From NCBI RefSeq assembly GCF_001644705.1, contig NZ_CP015137.1, positions 270,001 through 302,000 of the forward strand: DNA of 32,000 bases, given 5' to 3'. Of this stretch, positions 1 to 9,748 are shown one piece after another. A model generated the notes under the pieces. It ran no database searches. It was not told the DNA's origin and saw only the letters and a program-made list of their open reading frames with translations. Position 1 is the first letter of the stretch; each line of letters starts with the position of its first letter. Made by a program: the position numbers and the translations under genes. The stretch comes from Dickeya solani IPO 2222. Its GTDB lineage: Bacteria; Pseudomonadota; Gammaproteobacteria; Enterobacterales; Enterobacteriaceae.

Positions 1-1089
1 ATCCATGAGATGGAGCCGGAACTGGGTGAACTGGCGATCTATGGTGAATTTGAATCACAGTTGCAACTGATTGAACCCGAAGACATGGTGCACTGGTGTT
101 CCTACATCAATGCACTCTGTCTGGAAAACCAGTTGCCGCTGCTGGCCGCCGATGCCTGGCCGGAACTGTTTACGCTGGCGGTGCGCTATAGCGGCGATCA
201 GGGCAATGTTCCCTTATGCCCACAATGGCTGCTCCATCAACTCAAACACGCCGCGCTCTATGCCCGTCAGGAAGACATCAGCGGACAGGCTATTATTGAT
301 GCCGTTACCGCGCGCCGCTGGCGTGAAGGTTACTTGTCCGAACGTATGCAGGACGAAATCGAGCTCGGTCAGATCCTGATCGAAACCGAAGGCGACATGA
401 TCGGTCAGGTTAATGGTTTGTCGGTGCTGGAGTATCCCGGTTATCCGCTGATGTTTGGCGAACCGACCCGCATCAGCTGCGTGGTGCATCCCGGCGACGG
501 CGAACTGACCGACGTCGAGCGCAAGGCTGAGCTGGGCGGCAACCTGCACGCCAAAGGCATGATGATTATGCAGGCGTTCCTGATTTCCGAACTGGAACTG
601 GAACAACAGTTGCCGTTTTCCGCATCAATCGTGTTTGAACAATCCTACGGTGAAGTCGATGGCGACAGCGCCTCGCTGGCTGAGCTCAGCGCGCTGGTCA
701 GCGCCCTGTCTCTGCTCCCCATCAATCAACAGTTGGCCGTGACCGGCTCCGTCGACCAGTTTGGGCATGTGCAGCCGATCGGCGGCGTCAACGAAAAAAT
801 CGAAGGATTTTTCGAGGTATGCCAGCGCCGTGGTCTGACCGGCAAACAGGGTGTTATTATTCCAGCAACCAATCAGCGTCATTTGTGCCTGCAGCCGGAA
901 GTGGTCGACGCGGTGCGCGAAGGGCAATTCCATCTCTATATCGTGGATTCGGCGGCCGAAGCACTGATGCTGTTGACCCAGATGCCGTATGACGACGAGC
1001 GGCAGCCTAATCTGCTGGCGGCTATCCGCGAGCGCATCGCGCAGTTGGCGCCTCCGGAACGCCGCCGCTTCCCATGGTTTTTCCGTTGA
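1..1089 (+). CDS. ycbZ: Lon-like protease C-terminal (proteolytic) domain protein, 5'-truncated by the window edge (YcbZ/LonH-like)
   Basis: The frame is open from nt 1 (ORF track 10..1089). Lon proteolytic-domain contexts are present: GEVDGDSASLAEL (catalytic Ser) and GGVNEKIEGFF (catalytic Lys). It lies directly upstream of fabA, as ycbZ does in E. coli. Confidence 0.75.
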   Translation: MHEMEPELGELAIYGEFESQLQLIEPEDMVHWCSYINALCLENQLPLLAADAWPELFTLAVRYSGDQGNVPLCPQWLLHQLKHAALYARQEDISGQAIIDAVTARRWREGYLSERMQDEIELGQILIETEGDMIGQVNGLSVLEYPGYPLMFGEPTRISCVVHPGDGELTDVERKAELGGNLHAKGMMIMQAFLISELELEQQLPFSASIVFEQSYGEVDGDSASLAELSALVSALSLLPINQQLAVTGSVDQFGHVQPIGGVNEKIEGFFEVCQRRGLTGKQGVIIPATNQRHLCLQPEVVDAVREGQFHLYIVDSAAEALMLLTQMPYDDERQPNLLAAIRERIAQLAPPERRRFPWFFR

Positions 1090-1092
1090 GGA

Positions 1093-1110
1093 AACTGGTT
1101 GGGCCAGAAG
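1093..1110 (+). promoter_or_regulatory. Candidate FadR activator site upstream of the fabA -35
   Basis: AACTGGTTGGGCCAGAAG matches about 11/17 of the E. coli fabA FadR site as I recall it (GAACTGATCGGACTTGTT). It contains the CTGG..CCAG dyad and sits in the expected position just upstream of the -35. Confidence 0.35.
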
Positions 1111-1118
1111 TAACAGAC

Positions 1119-1147
1119 TTGCTCAGCGTACATCTGTACGCTAACCT
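1119..1147 (+). promoter_or_regulatory. fabA sigma70 promoter (TTGCTC-N17-TAACCT)
   Basis: ACTTGCTCAGCGTACATCTGTACGCTAACCTGCGTGCTCCA is nearly colinear with the E. coli fabA promoter as I remember it. The hexamers are 17 nt apart, about 35 nt upstream of the fabA ATG. Confidence 0.5.
1125..1142 (+). promoter_or_regulatory. FabR-type operator, perfect palindrome AGCGTACA-TC-TGTACGCT
   Basis: A perfect 8+8 inverted repeat lies between the -35 and -10 of fabA. It matches the AGCGTACA..TGTACGC palindrome family bound by FabR at enterobacterial fabA/fabB promoters. Confidence 0.65.
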
Positions 1148-1179
1148 GCGTGCTCCACAAAAACAGGGCTTATAGAAAC

Positions 1180-1698
1180 ATGGTAGACAAACGCGATTCC
1201 TATTCCAAAGAAGACCTTTTCGCCAGCGGACGCGGTGAACTGTTTGGTCCGCAGGGGCCACAACTGCCGACCGGCAACATGCTGATGATGGATCGTGTCA
1301 TCTCGATGACCGAAGAAGGCGGTCTGCATGGAAAAGGCTATGTGGAAGCAGAACTGGATATCCGTCCGGATCTGTGGTTCTTCGGTTGCCACTTTATCGG
1401 CGATCCGGTGATGCCAGGTTGCCTGGGTCTGGATGCCATGTGGCAGTTGGTGGGCTTCTATCTCGGCTGGCTGGGCGGCGAAGGAAAAGGCCGCGCACTG
1501 GGCGTAGGCGAAGTGAAATTTACCGGTCAGGTGCTGCCAGAGGCGAAAAAAGTGACTTATCGCATTCACTTTAAACGCGTTATCAACCGTAAGCTGATCA
1601 TGGGTATCGCTGATGGTGAAGTTCTGGTAGACGGTCGTCTCATCTACACCGCAACCGACCTGAAAGTGGGTCTGTTCAAAGACACCAGCACTTTCTGA
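1180..1698 (+). CDS. fabA: 3-hydroxydecanoyl-ACP dehydratase/isomerase FabA
   Basis: The 172-aa product [23 protein letters not shown]...[28 protein letters not shown]... is near-identical to E. coli FabA over its full length. The ORF-track GTG at 1150 adds 10 non-homologous residues, so the ATG at 1180 is preferred. Confidence 0.97.
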   Translation: MVDKRDSYSKEDLFASGRGELFGPQGPQLPTGNMLMMDRVISMTEEGGLHGKGYVEAELDIRPDLWFFGCHFIGDPVMPGCLGLDAMWQLVGFYLGWLGGEGKGRALGVGEVKFTGQVLPEAKKVTYRIHFKRVINRKLIMGIADGEVLVDGRLIYTATDLKVGLFKDTSTF

Positions 1699-1706
1699 TA
1701 GCAGAT

Positions 1707-1733
1707 AAAACGCGGCGCTAACGCCGCGTTTTG
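1707..1733 (+). terminator. Rho-independent terminator of fabA
   Basis: AAAACGCGGCG-CTAA-CGCCGCGTTTT: a GC-rich 7-bp stem extended by A/T pairs, followed by a T-run, 9 nt after the fabA stop. Confidence 0.8.
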
Positions 1734-1867
1734 CTATTAAGGGCAATGCCTGCACTGGTTAATGCCCTGCCATTCAACACTCCCTGCCGCTTTTTTGCCG
1801 GCGATTTTCCGGCACGACCGCCCGCCGCATGACCCACGCCGCATAGCGGATTATTCCTGTTGATGGT

Positions 1868-3535
1868 TTATACCGGGTGAGCCGACGCGGGGTCCGCGAC
1901 ATAAAAATTCGCCTCGCTGGGTGGCAACGGCGTACGTCCGCGAATCCGATCGGCGATCTTCTCCGCCATCATGATCGTGGTCGCATTGAGGTTGCCGGTG
2001 ATAATCTGCGGCATGATCGACGCATCCACCACCCGCAATCCGGACAGTCCATGCACCCGTCCCTGACCGTCCACCACCGCCATCTCACCCTGCCCCATTT
2101 TGCAGGAACAGGAAGGATGATAGGCGGTTTCCGCCTGCCGGCGAATAAAGGCATCCAGTTCCCTGTCGCTCTGCGCCTGCGACCCCGGGCTGATTTCGCT
2201 TCCCCGATAACGATCCAATGCCGGTTGCGACATGATTTCCCGGGTAATGCGAACCGCCGTGCGAAATTCTTGCCAGTCCTGTTCGGTCGACATATAGTTG
2301 AACAGAATACTCGGGTGCTGGCGCGGATCGCGGGATCGCAAATGGATGCGGCCGCGGCTTGGTGAACGCATCGATCCGACATGCGCCTGAAACCCGTGTT
2401 CACGCACAGCCTGAGAACCGTTGTAATTGATCGCCACCGGTAAAAAATGGAATTGCAGGTTAGGCCAGTCAACGGCTTCGCCGCTGCGAATGAACCCGCC
2501 TGCCTCAAACTGGTTGCTGGCGCCGATGCCGGTACCGAAAAACAACCATTCGGCGCCGATCTTCGGCTGATTGATCCACTTTAACGCCGGATAAAGCGAC
2601 ACCGGCTGTTTACAGCGGTACTGCAGATACATTTCCAGATGGTCCTGCAGATTCTGCCCAACCCCCGGCAAATGCTGCACCAGCGGAATACCCAGACCGC
2701 GCAACAAATCCGCCGGTCCGACGCCGGAGCGCTGCAATATCTGCGGCGACGCAATCGCTCCCGCGCACAGCAAGACTTCACGCCGGGCGAAAACCTGTTG
2801 CGGCTGATTGCTGTCGCCACGCAGATAACTGACGCCGGTTACCCGCTTGCCGCCGAACAGGAGGCGATCGGTCAGCGCATGGGTCACAATCGTCAGATTC
2901 GGGCGCCCCCGCGCCATATCCAGATAACCGCGCGCGGTGCTGGCACGTCGTCCATCAGGGGTCACCGTGCGATCCATCGGGCCAAACCCTTCCTGCTGAT
3001 AGCCGTTCAGGTCATCCGTACGCGGATAACCAGCCTGTACGCCTGCGGCGACCATCGCATGAAAAAGCTCGTTGTTTCCCGCTTTGGGTGTCGTCACACT
3101 CACCGGACCCCGATCGCCATGATAGGCATCAGCGCCGCTGTCGCGTCGTTCCGACAGACGAAAATACGGCAGGCAGTCGCGGTAGCGCCAATCTGCCAGA
3201 CCGGGCATGCTCGCCCAGTGTTCAAAATCCATGGCGTTGCCACGGATGTAACACATGCCATTGATCAGCGACGATCCGCCCAATCCTTTACCGCGCCCAC
3301 ACTCCATACGCCGGTTATCCATATACGGTTCCGGATCGGTTTCATAGGCCCAGTTGTAACGCCTCCCCTGTAATGGCCAGGCCAGCGCGGCCGGCATCTG
3401 AGTCCGAAAATCCAGTCGATAGTCCGGCCCGCCCGCCTCCAGCAGCAGAACGCTGACATCCGGGTCTTCCGTCAGCCGGGCGGCCAGTACGTTACCGGCA
3501 GAGCCGGCGCCAATAATGATGTAGTCATAATCCAT
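1868..3535 (-). CDS. betA: Choline dehydrogenase BetA (GMC oxidoreductase, FAD-binding)
   Basis: [25 protein letters not shown]... aligns from residue 1 with E. coli BetA ([25 protein letters not shown]). The ATG at 3535 has a GGAGG 5 nt upstream. An alternative ATG at 3553 overlaps the betB stop (TAATG). Confidence 0.95.
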   Translation of the reverse strand: MDYDYIIIGAGSAGNVLAARLTEDPDVSVLLLEAGGPDYRLDFRTQMPAALAWPLQGRRYNWAYETDPEPYMDNRRMECGRGKGLGGSSLINGMCYIRGNAMDFEHWASMPGLADWRYRDCLPYFRLSERRDSGADAYHGDRGPVSVTTPKAGNNELFHAMVAAGVQAGYPRTDDLNGYQQEGFGPMDRTVTPDGRRASTARGYLDMARGRPNLTIVTHALTDRLLFGGKRVTGVSYLRGDSNQPQQVFARREVLLCAGAIASPQILQRSGVGPADLLRGLGIPLVQHLPGVGQNLQDHLEMYLQYRCKQPVSLYPALKWINQPKIGAEWLFFGTGIGASNQFEAGGFIRSGEAVDWPNLQFHFLPVAINYNGSQAVREHGFQAHVGSMRSPSRGRIHLRSRDPRQHPSILFNYMSTEQDWQEFRTAVRITREIMSQPALDRYRGSEISPGSQAQSDRELDAFIRRQAETAYHPSCSCKMGQGEMAVVDGQGRVHGLSGLRVVDASIMPQIITGNLNATTIMMAEKIADRIRGRTPLPPSEANFYVADPASAHPV

Positions 3536-3552
3536 GTAATCCTCCGTCAGCA

Positions 3553-5025
3553 TTAAAAAATCGGATTGAAATCTCCCAGCTCGACCTGAATGGATTTGGT
3601 TTGGGTGTAGCTTTGCAACGTGGCGATGCCATTTTCACGCCCGACGCCCGAATGCTTGTAACCACCGACTGGCATTTGCGCCGGCGATTCGCCCCAGGTG
3701 TTGATCCAGCCGATCCCGGCCTGCAACTGCTGGATAACACGATGCGCCCGGCTGATGTCCCGCGTCACCACGCCAGCCGCCAGCCCATAATCGGTAGCAT
3801 TGGCGCGCCGAACCACCTCTTCCTCATCGCTATACGTGAGGATGCTCATCACTGGCCCGAAAATCTCTTCGCACACGATGGTCATGTCATCCCGACAATC
3901 GGTGAACACCGTCGGAGACACCCAGGCGCCGCGCGCGAATACCTCGCCTTCCGGTACGCCGCCCCCGGTCAACAATCTGGCGCCTTGTGCTTTGCCAAGT
4001 TCGATGTAGCGCAGCACCGACTCCCGGTGGGCGGTGCTCGCCAGCGGACCAAAATTCACCGTTGGATCGGCCGGATCGCCCATGCGGATACGAGCCACGC
4101 GCTCAAGAATTTTGCGTTCAAAAGCCAGCTTCAGCACCGTCGGGATAAAGACCCGAGTACCATTGGTACACACCTGGCCGCTACTGAAAAAGTTGGCTGC
4201 CATAGCGATATCGGCTGCCCGATCCAGATCGGCGTCATCAAAAATGATCAGCGGCGATTTGCCGCCCAGTTCCAGAGTCACCGCTTTAAGGCTGGACTCA
4301 GCGGCATTCGCCATCACCGTTTTGCCGCTGACCACACCGCCGGTAAAAGACACTTTGGCGATGCCGGGATGGCGCGTCAGCGCTTGACCGACACCCTTGC
4401 CGCTACCGGTTAGCACATTAAATACGCCAGCCGGCAGCCCCGCTTCATGGTAGATCTCCGCCAGTTGCAAGGTTGTCAGTGAGGTCACCTCGCTGGGTTT
4501 AAAGATCATGGCATTGCCCGCCGCCAGCGCAGGAGCGGATTTCCAGAGCGCGATCTGAATCGGGTAATTCCAGGCGCCAATCGCCGCCACTACGCCCAAC
4601 GGTTCTCGCCGGGTATAGACAAAGGACAAGTCGCGCAGCGGGATCTGCTGTCCTTCCAGCGACGGCGCCAGCCCGGCGTAATACTCCAGCACATCAGCCC
4701 CGGTGGCGATGTCCACCGTTCGGGTTTCCGCCAACGGTTTGCCGGTATCGTGGGTTTCCATCAGCGCCAGCTCATCATTGCGTTCGCGCAGTATCGCCAC
4801 GGCGCGCTGCAACACCCGTGCCCGTTGCATCGCGGTCATCGCCGCCCACTCGCGCTGCCCATGCTGCGCGGACGTAACCGCCCGCTCGATGTCGCCGGCG
4901 GTGGCTTCCTGTAACTGAGCGATAACCTCACCCGTCGCCGGATTCACGGCAGAAAATCTGTCGTTACCGTCGCTGTCGACCCGCACGCCGTGGATAAACA
5001 ACGGCTGTAAACCATAAAGTGACAT
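3553..5025 (-). CDS. betB: Betaine aldehyde dehydrogenase BetB
   Basis: The 490-aa product has long identical blocks to E. coli BetB ([77 protein letters not shown]). Confidence 0.97.
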   Translation of the reverse strand: MSLYGLQPLFIHGVRVDSDGNDRFSAVNPATGEVIAQLQEATAGDIERAVTSAQHGQREWAAMTAMQRARVLQRAVAILRERNDELALMETHDTGKPLAETRTVDIATGADVLEYYAGLAPSLEGQQIPLRDLSFVYTRREPLGVVAAIGAWNYPIQIALWKSAPALAAGNAMIFKPSEVTSLTTLQLAEIYHEAGLPAGVFNVLTGSGKGVGQALTRHPGIAKVSFTGGVVSGKTVMANAAESSLKAVTLELGGKSPLIIFDDADLDRAADIAMAANFFSSGQVCTNGTRVFIPTVLKLAFERKILERVARIRMGDPADPTVNFGPLASTAHRESVLRYIELGKAQGARLLTGGGVPEGEVFARGAWVSPTVFTDCRDDMTIVCEEIFGPVMSILTYSDEEEVVRRANATDYGLAAGVVTRDISRAHRVIQQLQAGIGWINTWGESPAQMPVGGYKHSGVGRENGIATLQSYTQTKSIQVELGDFNPIF

Positions 5026-5027
5026 GA

Positions 5028-5642
5028 TCAGTTCTCCTGTTCAGATGTGGCGCAAGGCGCTGTCTTCAGCAGACAGTCGATAAAGTGGCAAGCCACCGCC
5101 AGGGACTCCTGCTGGCTACACCCCTTGTCGTTCAGCGCACTGCGCAGCCATAATCCGTCAATCAATCCCGCCAGGCCTCTTGCCGCACGGCGCGCGTCTT
5201 CACGCGGCAAACAGCGACGAAATTCGGCGCACAGGTTGGAATAGAGCCTGCGGCTGCTGACGCGCTGCAGCCGGTAAAGGCTGGGGGAATGCATGCTGCT
5301 GGCCCAAAAGGCCAGCCAGGTTTTCATCGCTGCCGCGCTGGTCTGACTCGCATCGAAATTACCCGCCACCATCGCCCGCAAACGTAATCCGGGATCGTCT
5401 GACGCTAACGCGGCCAGACGCGTCCTGACGGCGGTACCCAGTAGGCGCAGCAGATGACGCATGGTGGCGTCAAGCAGGCCATTCTTGTCCTGAAAATAGT
5501 GGCTGATGATGCCGTTAGAAACGCCTGCCCGCCGGGCAATCTGCGCAATGGACGCCTCATGTAGCCCGACTTCGTCAATCGCCATCAACGTGGCGTCGAT
5601 CAATTGCTGTCGCCTGATCGGTTGCATCCCGACTTTGGGCAT
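5028..5642 (-). CDS. betI: TetR-family choline-responsive repressor BetI
   Basis: [50 protein letters not shown]... aligns with E. coli BetI. The ATG at 5642 has an AGGAGG 5 nt upstream (the ORF-track GTG at 5648 is rejected). The betI stop lies 2 nt before the betB ATG. Confidence 0.93.
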   Translation of the reverse strand: MPKVGMQPIRRQQLIDATLMAIDEVGLHEASIAQIARRAGVSNGIISHYFQDKNGLLDATMRHLLRLLGTAVRTRLAALASDDPGLRLRAMVAGNFDASQTSAAAMKTWLAFWASSMHSPSLYRLQRVSSRRLYSNLCAEFRRCLPREDARRAARGLAGLIDGLWLRSALNDKGCSQQESLAVACHFIDCLLKTAPCATSEQEN

Positions 5643-5724
5643 AAACACCTCCTGCCGCGGACGCAGTACGGCTACGTCCGCCGAATTGTTGTCTGGTTAT
5701 CAGGGTCCATTGAAACTTTTTTTA

Positions 5725-5738
5725 ATTGAACGATCAAT
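5725..5738. promoter_or_regulatory. Candidate BetI operator (ATTGA-ACGA-TCAAT dyad within TTAATTGAACGATCAATCAA)
   Basis: A perfect 5+5 dyad in an AT-rich tract 83-96 nt upstream of betI. It overlaps a plausible minus-strand promoter (TTGATC-N17-TTCAAT). It resembles the TTGAACG.TCAA-type BetI boxes I recall. Confidence 0.4.
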
Positions 5739-5873
5739 CAAAAATAAATCGACCGGCGAGTAATCGCAGAAGTGACGACGACCGCGAGAGATCGATCAGG
5801 TCACGTTTTTGCGATCAATTCCGGATTCTGGTGGTTTGCGGTTTCCGGCGAGCAAGGTATACTGGGCCATCGA

Positions 5874-5890
5874 AATGAAATAGTGTTTTA
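5874..5890 (+). promoter_or_regulatory. KdgR-type operator (AATGAAATAGTGTTTTA)
   Basis: Matches all 17 positions of the KdgR consensus AATRAAAYRNYRTTTYA as I recall it. It lies 11 nt downstream of a TTGCGG-N16-TATACT promoter-like pair (5836-5863) and 37 nt upstream of the 5927 ATG, a typical repressor position. Confidence 0.55.
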
Positions 5891-5926
5891 AAAAATGCAG
5901 TTGTCCGCACATATAAAGGAACGAAC

Positions 5927-6565
5927 ATGAAAATTGCACTGATTAACGAGAACAGCCAGGCCGCAAAGAACGCGATCATCGCCGCTGCCCTGTCCAAAGC
6001 CGTTGAACCGCAAGGTCACACCGTATACAACTACGGTCAATATGCTGTTGAAGACGCCGCGCAGCTGACCTACATCCAGAACGGTATTCTGACTGCCATC
6101 CTGCTGAACTCCGGTGCCGCTGATTTCGTGGTCACGGGTTGCGGTACCGGCCAGGGCGCCATGCTGGCCTGTAACTCTTTCCCGGGTGTGATCTGTGGTC
6201 TGGTTGTTGACCCGTCTGACGCTTACCTGTTCTCCCAGATCAACAACGGTAACGCGGTTTCCCTGCCTTACGCCAAAGGCTTTGGCTGGGGTGCCGAGCT
6301 GAACCTGGAAAACCTGTTCACTCAGCTGTTCAAAGAAGAAGGCGGCCGCGGCTACCCGAGCGATCGCGTTGCTCCGCAGCAGCGCAACAAGAAAATTCTT
6401 GATGCGGTAAAAGCCGTGACCTACAACGACCTGATCACTATTCTGAAAGGTCTGGATCAGGATCTGGTCAAAGGCGCTATTGCCGGTCCGAAATTCCAGG
6501 AATATTTCTTCGCTAACAGCACCAACGCTGAGCTGACCAGCTACATCAAATCCCTGCTGAATTAA
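5927..6565 (+). CDS. RpiB/LacA/LacB-family sugar-phosphate isomerase-like protein (212 aa, with a C-terminal extension)
   Basis: The core VVTGCGTGQGAMLACNSFPGV parallels the RpiB ICGTGVGISIAANK active-site loop. An AAGGA Shine-Dalgarno lies 6 nt upstream of the ATG and a terminator follows. It may correspond to the KdgR-regulon isomerase called spiX in comparative-genomics work (from memory). Confidence 0.8.
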   Translation: MKIALINENSQAAKNAIIAAALSKAVEPQGHTVYNYGQYAVEDAAQLTYIQNGILTAILLNSGAADFVVTGCGTGQGAMLACNSFPGVICGLVVDPSDAYLFSQINNGNAVSLPYAKGFGWGAELNLENLFTQLFKEEGGRGYPSDRVAPQQRNKKILDAVKAVTYNDLITILKGLDQDLVKGAIAGPKFQEYFFANSTNAELTSYIKSLLN

Positions 6566-6587
6566 TTCATCCGGGTACGTTTATTCC

Positions 6588-6617
6588 GACCACCGCTTCG
6601 GCGGTGGTCTTTTTTTG
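6588..6617 (+). terminator. Rho-independent terminator
   Basis: GACCACCGC-TTCG-GCGGTGGTC (9-bp stem, tetraloop) followed by T7. Confidence 0.85.
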
Positions 6618-6689
6618 CCGGTGATTCTGCCGACCTTCATCTGGGTCGAACAACTGTTAGCCAGACGTTTCAAAAGCCTGAAATACTGC

Positions 6690-6718
6690 TTGACCATAAC
6701 TGGTCGACTCCCTATAGT
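6690..6718 (+). promoter_or_regulatory. sigma70 promoter of tRNA-Ser (TTGACC-N17-TATAGT) with a GC-rich discriminator
   Basis: Near-consensus hexamers with a 17-nt spacer, followed by AGCGCCCC (a stringent-control-type discriminator), about 30 nt upstream of the mature tRNA 5' end. Confidence 0.6.
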
Positions 6719-6749
6719 AGCGCCCCGTTGCCCCTGACGGCGACGATCC

Positions 6750-6839
6750 GGTGAGGTGTCCGAGTGGCTGAAGGAGCACGCCTGGAAAGTGTGTATACGT
6801 GAAAACGTATCGAGGGTTCGAATCCCTCCCTCACCGCCA
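6750..6839 (+). tRNA. serW: tRNA-Ser (anticodon GGA), CCA-encoded, long variable arm
   Basis: GGTGAGGTGTCCGAGTGGCTGAAGGAGCACGCCTGGAAAGTGTG...GGTTCGAATCCCTCCCTCACCGCCA is almost identical to E. coli serW/serX. The acceptor stem GGTGAGG/CCTCACC pairs, and the anticodon loop is CT-GGA-AA at 6784-6786. Confidence 0.97.
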
Positions 6840-6851
6840 GATTAAAAACAA

Positions 6852-6884
6852 AAACCTCAGACGCAAGTCTGGGTTTTTTTTTTT
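6852..6884 (+). terminator. Terminator after tRNA-Ser
   Basis: Imperfect hairpin ACCTCAGAC-GCAA-GTCTGGGT followed by T11. Confidence 0.6.
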
Positions 6885-7285
6885 ACCAGCGATTGGCCCG
6901 GACGAGAGCCATAACAGGGTCAACAAGATAGCCCTTTGCCAGACAACATCATTACGCCAGATGCTCACGGAAAAAAACATCGGTTAAAAACAGGAAATAT
7001 TAACTTTCCCTTTATATGACAATCCGTTCCATGCGTTCCCTTTAACACTGCGTCCCTAAAGACACCACAGTTATATTAGCGCGCTATTAAACAACTTATT
7101 GATATAAAAACAAAATAACCAAACTTCACTATTAATCATCCAGCTTATATTTGCCTGAGAAACGTAAATAAAAATCGCTTTTTTATTGCCATTAATGTTT
7201 ACTTAATCTAAATAAAATAAATTCATCGCGGTAAGATAATTATACTTTTTTATCTCTACCCTCATTTTTGGCGGAGCATTCCAAC

Positions 7286-8890
7286 ATGACCATTGTGAAA
7301 AAATTAGCTATCGCAATCAGTATTTTTTCCCTGGCGCTGATTAGCGTAGGCGGTTTTGGTCTTCATTCACTTAGCCAGTCAAAAGATCGTCTGGAATATG
7401 TGATGACTAACACACTACCCAGCCTTGATAATCTGGTGAAATCGAATAGCGCATTAAACGATGCGCGTAGCGGTCTGGCGCTTATTTTTCTCACCCGGGA
7501 AGATCAACAACGCAATACCTTAAAACGCGCACTTGATGACTCGCTGAGCAGCGTTGAAAAACTGAATGCCACGTATAAAAAGGATCTGGTCTCTGATAAT
7601 AAAGATGCGCAGATGGCCAATGATAATCTGCAATATCTGAGTGACTTCCGTGCCGCCAAGGATAAACTGTTTCAACAGTCCCAAACCGATACTCAAGCCG
7701 CGGAGAAAGCCTTTGCCTCTCAGGGCTATGTCACGCTGGCTCAGGAGAAACTGGTAAAAGGCTTTCAGGATCAGTACAGCTATAACGTCGGTTTGGCTGG
7801 TGGACTGCAGGAACAAAATAACACCAGTTTCAAACTGGCTTTCTTCGGGCTGGTTGGATTGATTGTGGTCGCCTTGCTCGCCGCCGGCACCTTGTCCACG
7901 GTGATTATCGGCTATGTGCGCACCAGCCTGAACGCCCTGCGCCAGACGCTGATCTCCGTCAGTGAAAATCTGGATTTGACTCTGCAAGCCGATACCAGAA
8001 AGAATGACGAAATCGGCCAGACCGCCGGTGCCTTTAACAACCTGATTCAGCGATTCGCCACCGTTCTGGCTGACGTACGTTCCGCCAGTGAAAGCGTTTC
8101 GACGGCATCCGGCGAAATCGCCGCCGCCAACGAAGACCTCTCATCCAGAACGGAAGAGCAAGCCTCTTCTCTGGCACAGACCGCCGCCAGCATGCATGAA
8201 ATCTCATCCACCATCGAAAGTAACGTCGACAATACCGCACAAGCCAATCGGCTGGGTCAGCAAGCAAGCGTCGCGGTCCAGCATGGCGATGAAGCGGTGC
8301 AGCGTATGATGCACGCGATGGAAGAAATCGCTAACGGGTCCGCAAAAGTAGCCGATATCACCAACCTGATTGAGGGTATCGCCTTCCAGACCAACATTCT
8401 GGCGCTGAATGCCGCAGTGGAGGCCGCCCGGGCGGGTGAGCATGGCCGCGGTTTCGCGGTGGTGGCCGGCGAGGTCCGCACGCTGTCCCAGCGCTCTTCA
8501 TCCGCCGCCAAAGAGATCAAGACCCTGATCGACAGTGCAATTTCCGCCGTAAAACATGGCGCGGTGCAGGCCGATGAAGTCCGCGATGCCATCAGCAACG
8601 TGAAAGGCGTGATTCAGAACGTGTCCAGCCTGGTCAATGAAGTGTCGCTGGCATCAGAAGAACAAAGTCGCGGCATCTCCCAGATTAACACCGCCATCAA
8701 CCAGATGGAGGCGGTTACGCAGCAGAACGCCGCCATGGTGGAGCAAGCCTCATCAGCAGCGGACTCACTCAACGAGCAGGCCACCAAATTGCGCCAGTCG
8801 GTGGAGACCTTCAAACTGCAAGGGAACGCCCATTTTATCAACACGCATGTCATGAACGATATACACCCTTTACGCCTCGGCAATCACTGA
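7286..8890 (+). CDS. Methyl-accepting chemotaxis protein (4-helix-bundle periplasmic sensor, HAMP, cytoplasmic signalling domain)
   Basis: TM1 is [21 protein letters not shown] and TM2 is [20 protein letters not shown]. The invariant hairpin tip [42 protein letters not shown] and methylation-helix motifs ([28 protein letters not shown]) are present. There is no C-terminal NWETF-type pentapeptide. The ATG at 7286 is preferred over the ORF-track TTG at 7268. Confidence 0.93.
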   Translation: MTIVKKLAIAISIFSLALISVGGFGLHSLSQSKDRLEYVMTNTLPSLDNLVKSNSALNDARSGLALIFLTREDQQRNTLKRALDDSLSSVEKLNATYKKDLVSDNKDAQMANDNLQYLSDFRAAKDKLFQQSQTDTQAAEKAFASQGYVTLAQEKLVKGFQDQYSYNVGLAGGLQEQNNTSFKLAFFGLVGLIVVALLAAGTLSTVIIGYVRTSLNALRQTLISVSENLDLTLQADTRKNDEIGQTAGAFNNLIQRFATVLADVRSASESVSTASGEIAAANEDLSSRTEEQASSLAQTAASMHEISSTIESNVDNTAQANRLGQQASVAVQHGDEAVQRMMHAMEEIANGSAKVADITNLIEGIAFQTNILALNAAVEAARAGEHGRGFAVVAGEVRTLSQRSSSAAKEIKTLIDSAISAVKHGAVQADEVRDAISNVKGVIQNVSSLVNEVSLASEEQSRGISQINTAINQMEAVTQQNAAMVEQASSAADSLNEQATKLRQSVETFKLQGNAHFINTHVMNDIHPLRLGNH

Positions 8891-8910
8891 TTGGCCTGAT
8901 ATTCCGGTGA

Positions 8911-8938
8911 AAAAAAGGGCTGCTCACGCAGCCCTTTT
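8911..8938. terminator. Bidirectional terminator shared by the convergent MCP gene and phoH
   Basis: AAAAAA-GGGCTGC-TCAC-GCAGCCC-TTTT: a stem flanked by an A-run and a T-run. Confidence 0.75.
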
Positions 8939-8959
8939 CGCTTTTACGCCAACCGTGAA

Positions 8960-9748
8960 TCAGGAATATGCTACCAGCGTACGCTGGCACAGCTCGGAGC
9001 GGACGCAATCCTCTTTGCCAAAGGTGACAATGCTCACCATGCCATCTTCCGTAAACCGCTCCAGTGCGTCGCGCAGGCCTGATTTAACGCCAGCAGGCAA
9101 GTCGCACTGCGTAATATCTCCATTGACAATCACCGTGACATTCTCGCCCAGACGCGTCAGGAACATCTTCATCTGATTGACGGTAACGTTCTGCGCTTCG
9201 TCCAGAATCACCACTGCGTTTTCGAACGTCCGCCCGCGCATATAGGCAAATGGCGAGATCTCGACCTTGGCGATTTCCGGCCGCAGGCAGTACTGCAGGA
9301 AGGAAGAGCCGAGCCGACGCTGCAACACGTCATACACCGGCCGAAAATAAGGTGCGAATTTCTCCGCGATGTCGCCCGGCAGGAAGCCGAGATCTTCCTC
9401 CGCCTGCAATACCGGCCGCGTAACAATAATACGTTCAACCTCTTTATGAAGCAGTGCTTCGGCCGCTTTGGCCGCACTGAGAAACGTTTTGCCACAGCCC
9501 GCCTCACCGGTGGCAAAGATTAACTGTTTATTTTCTATTGCAGACAAGTAGTGTTCCTGAGCTGAGGTTCGGGCCTCAATCGTTGAGTTATCACGGCTCT
9601 CACGCGCCATACCGATAGCTTCAATGCCGCCCAACTGAACCAGAGAAGTGACCGAATCTTCTTCACGCTGACGATAACTGCGCGATTCACGTCTGATAAC
9701 ACGTTTGGCTTCACGACGCGCTTTGATCACTGCTTTTTGTCTTCCCAT
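8960..9748 (-). CDS. phoH: PhoH (phosphate-starvation-inducible ATPase, PhoH family), short 262-aa form
   Basis: MGRQKAVIKARREAKRV...FATGEAGCGKT (Walker A)...VVILDEAQN (Walker B)...GDITQCDLP is colinear with the C-terminal 262 residues of E. coli PhoH. Confidence 0.95.
   Translation of the reverse strand: MGRQKAVIKARREAKRVIRRESRSYRQREEDSVTSLVQLGGIEAIGMARESRDNSTIEARTSAQEHYLSAIENKQLIFATGEAGCGKTFLSAAKAAEALLHKEVERIIVTRPVLQAEEDLGFLPGDIAEKFAPYFRPVYDVLQRRLGSSFLQYCLRPEIAKVEISPFAYMRGRTFENAVVILDEAQNVTVNQMKMFLTRLGENVTVIVNGDITQCDLPAGVKSGLRDALERFTEDGMVSIVTFGKEDCVRSELCQRTLVAYS

Noticed and set aside
1740-1867. A hairpin GCCGG-N7-CCGGC flanked by T6/A-run downstream of betA as its terminator.
   Set aside because: On the betA (minus) strand the stem is followed by an A-run, not a U-run. 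On the plus strand the T-run precedes the stem. It is not a convincing intrinsic terminator in either direction.
6799-6987. A 62-aa ORF overlapping the tRNA-Ser gene and its terminator.
   Set aside because: It overlaps a high-confidence tRNA and reads through the terminator T-run. It is an artefact of ORF calling.
7212-7238. Possible sigma28 promoter for the MCP gene (TAAAATAA-N11-TAAGATAA).
   Set aside because: It matches only 5/8 in each box within a very AT-rich tract, where such matches are expected by chance. The GCCG core of the -10 is missing.
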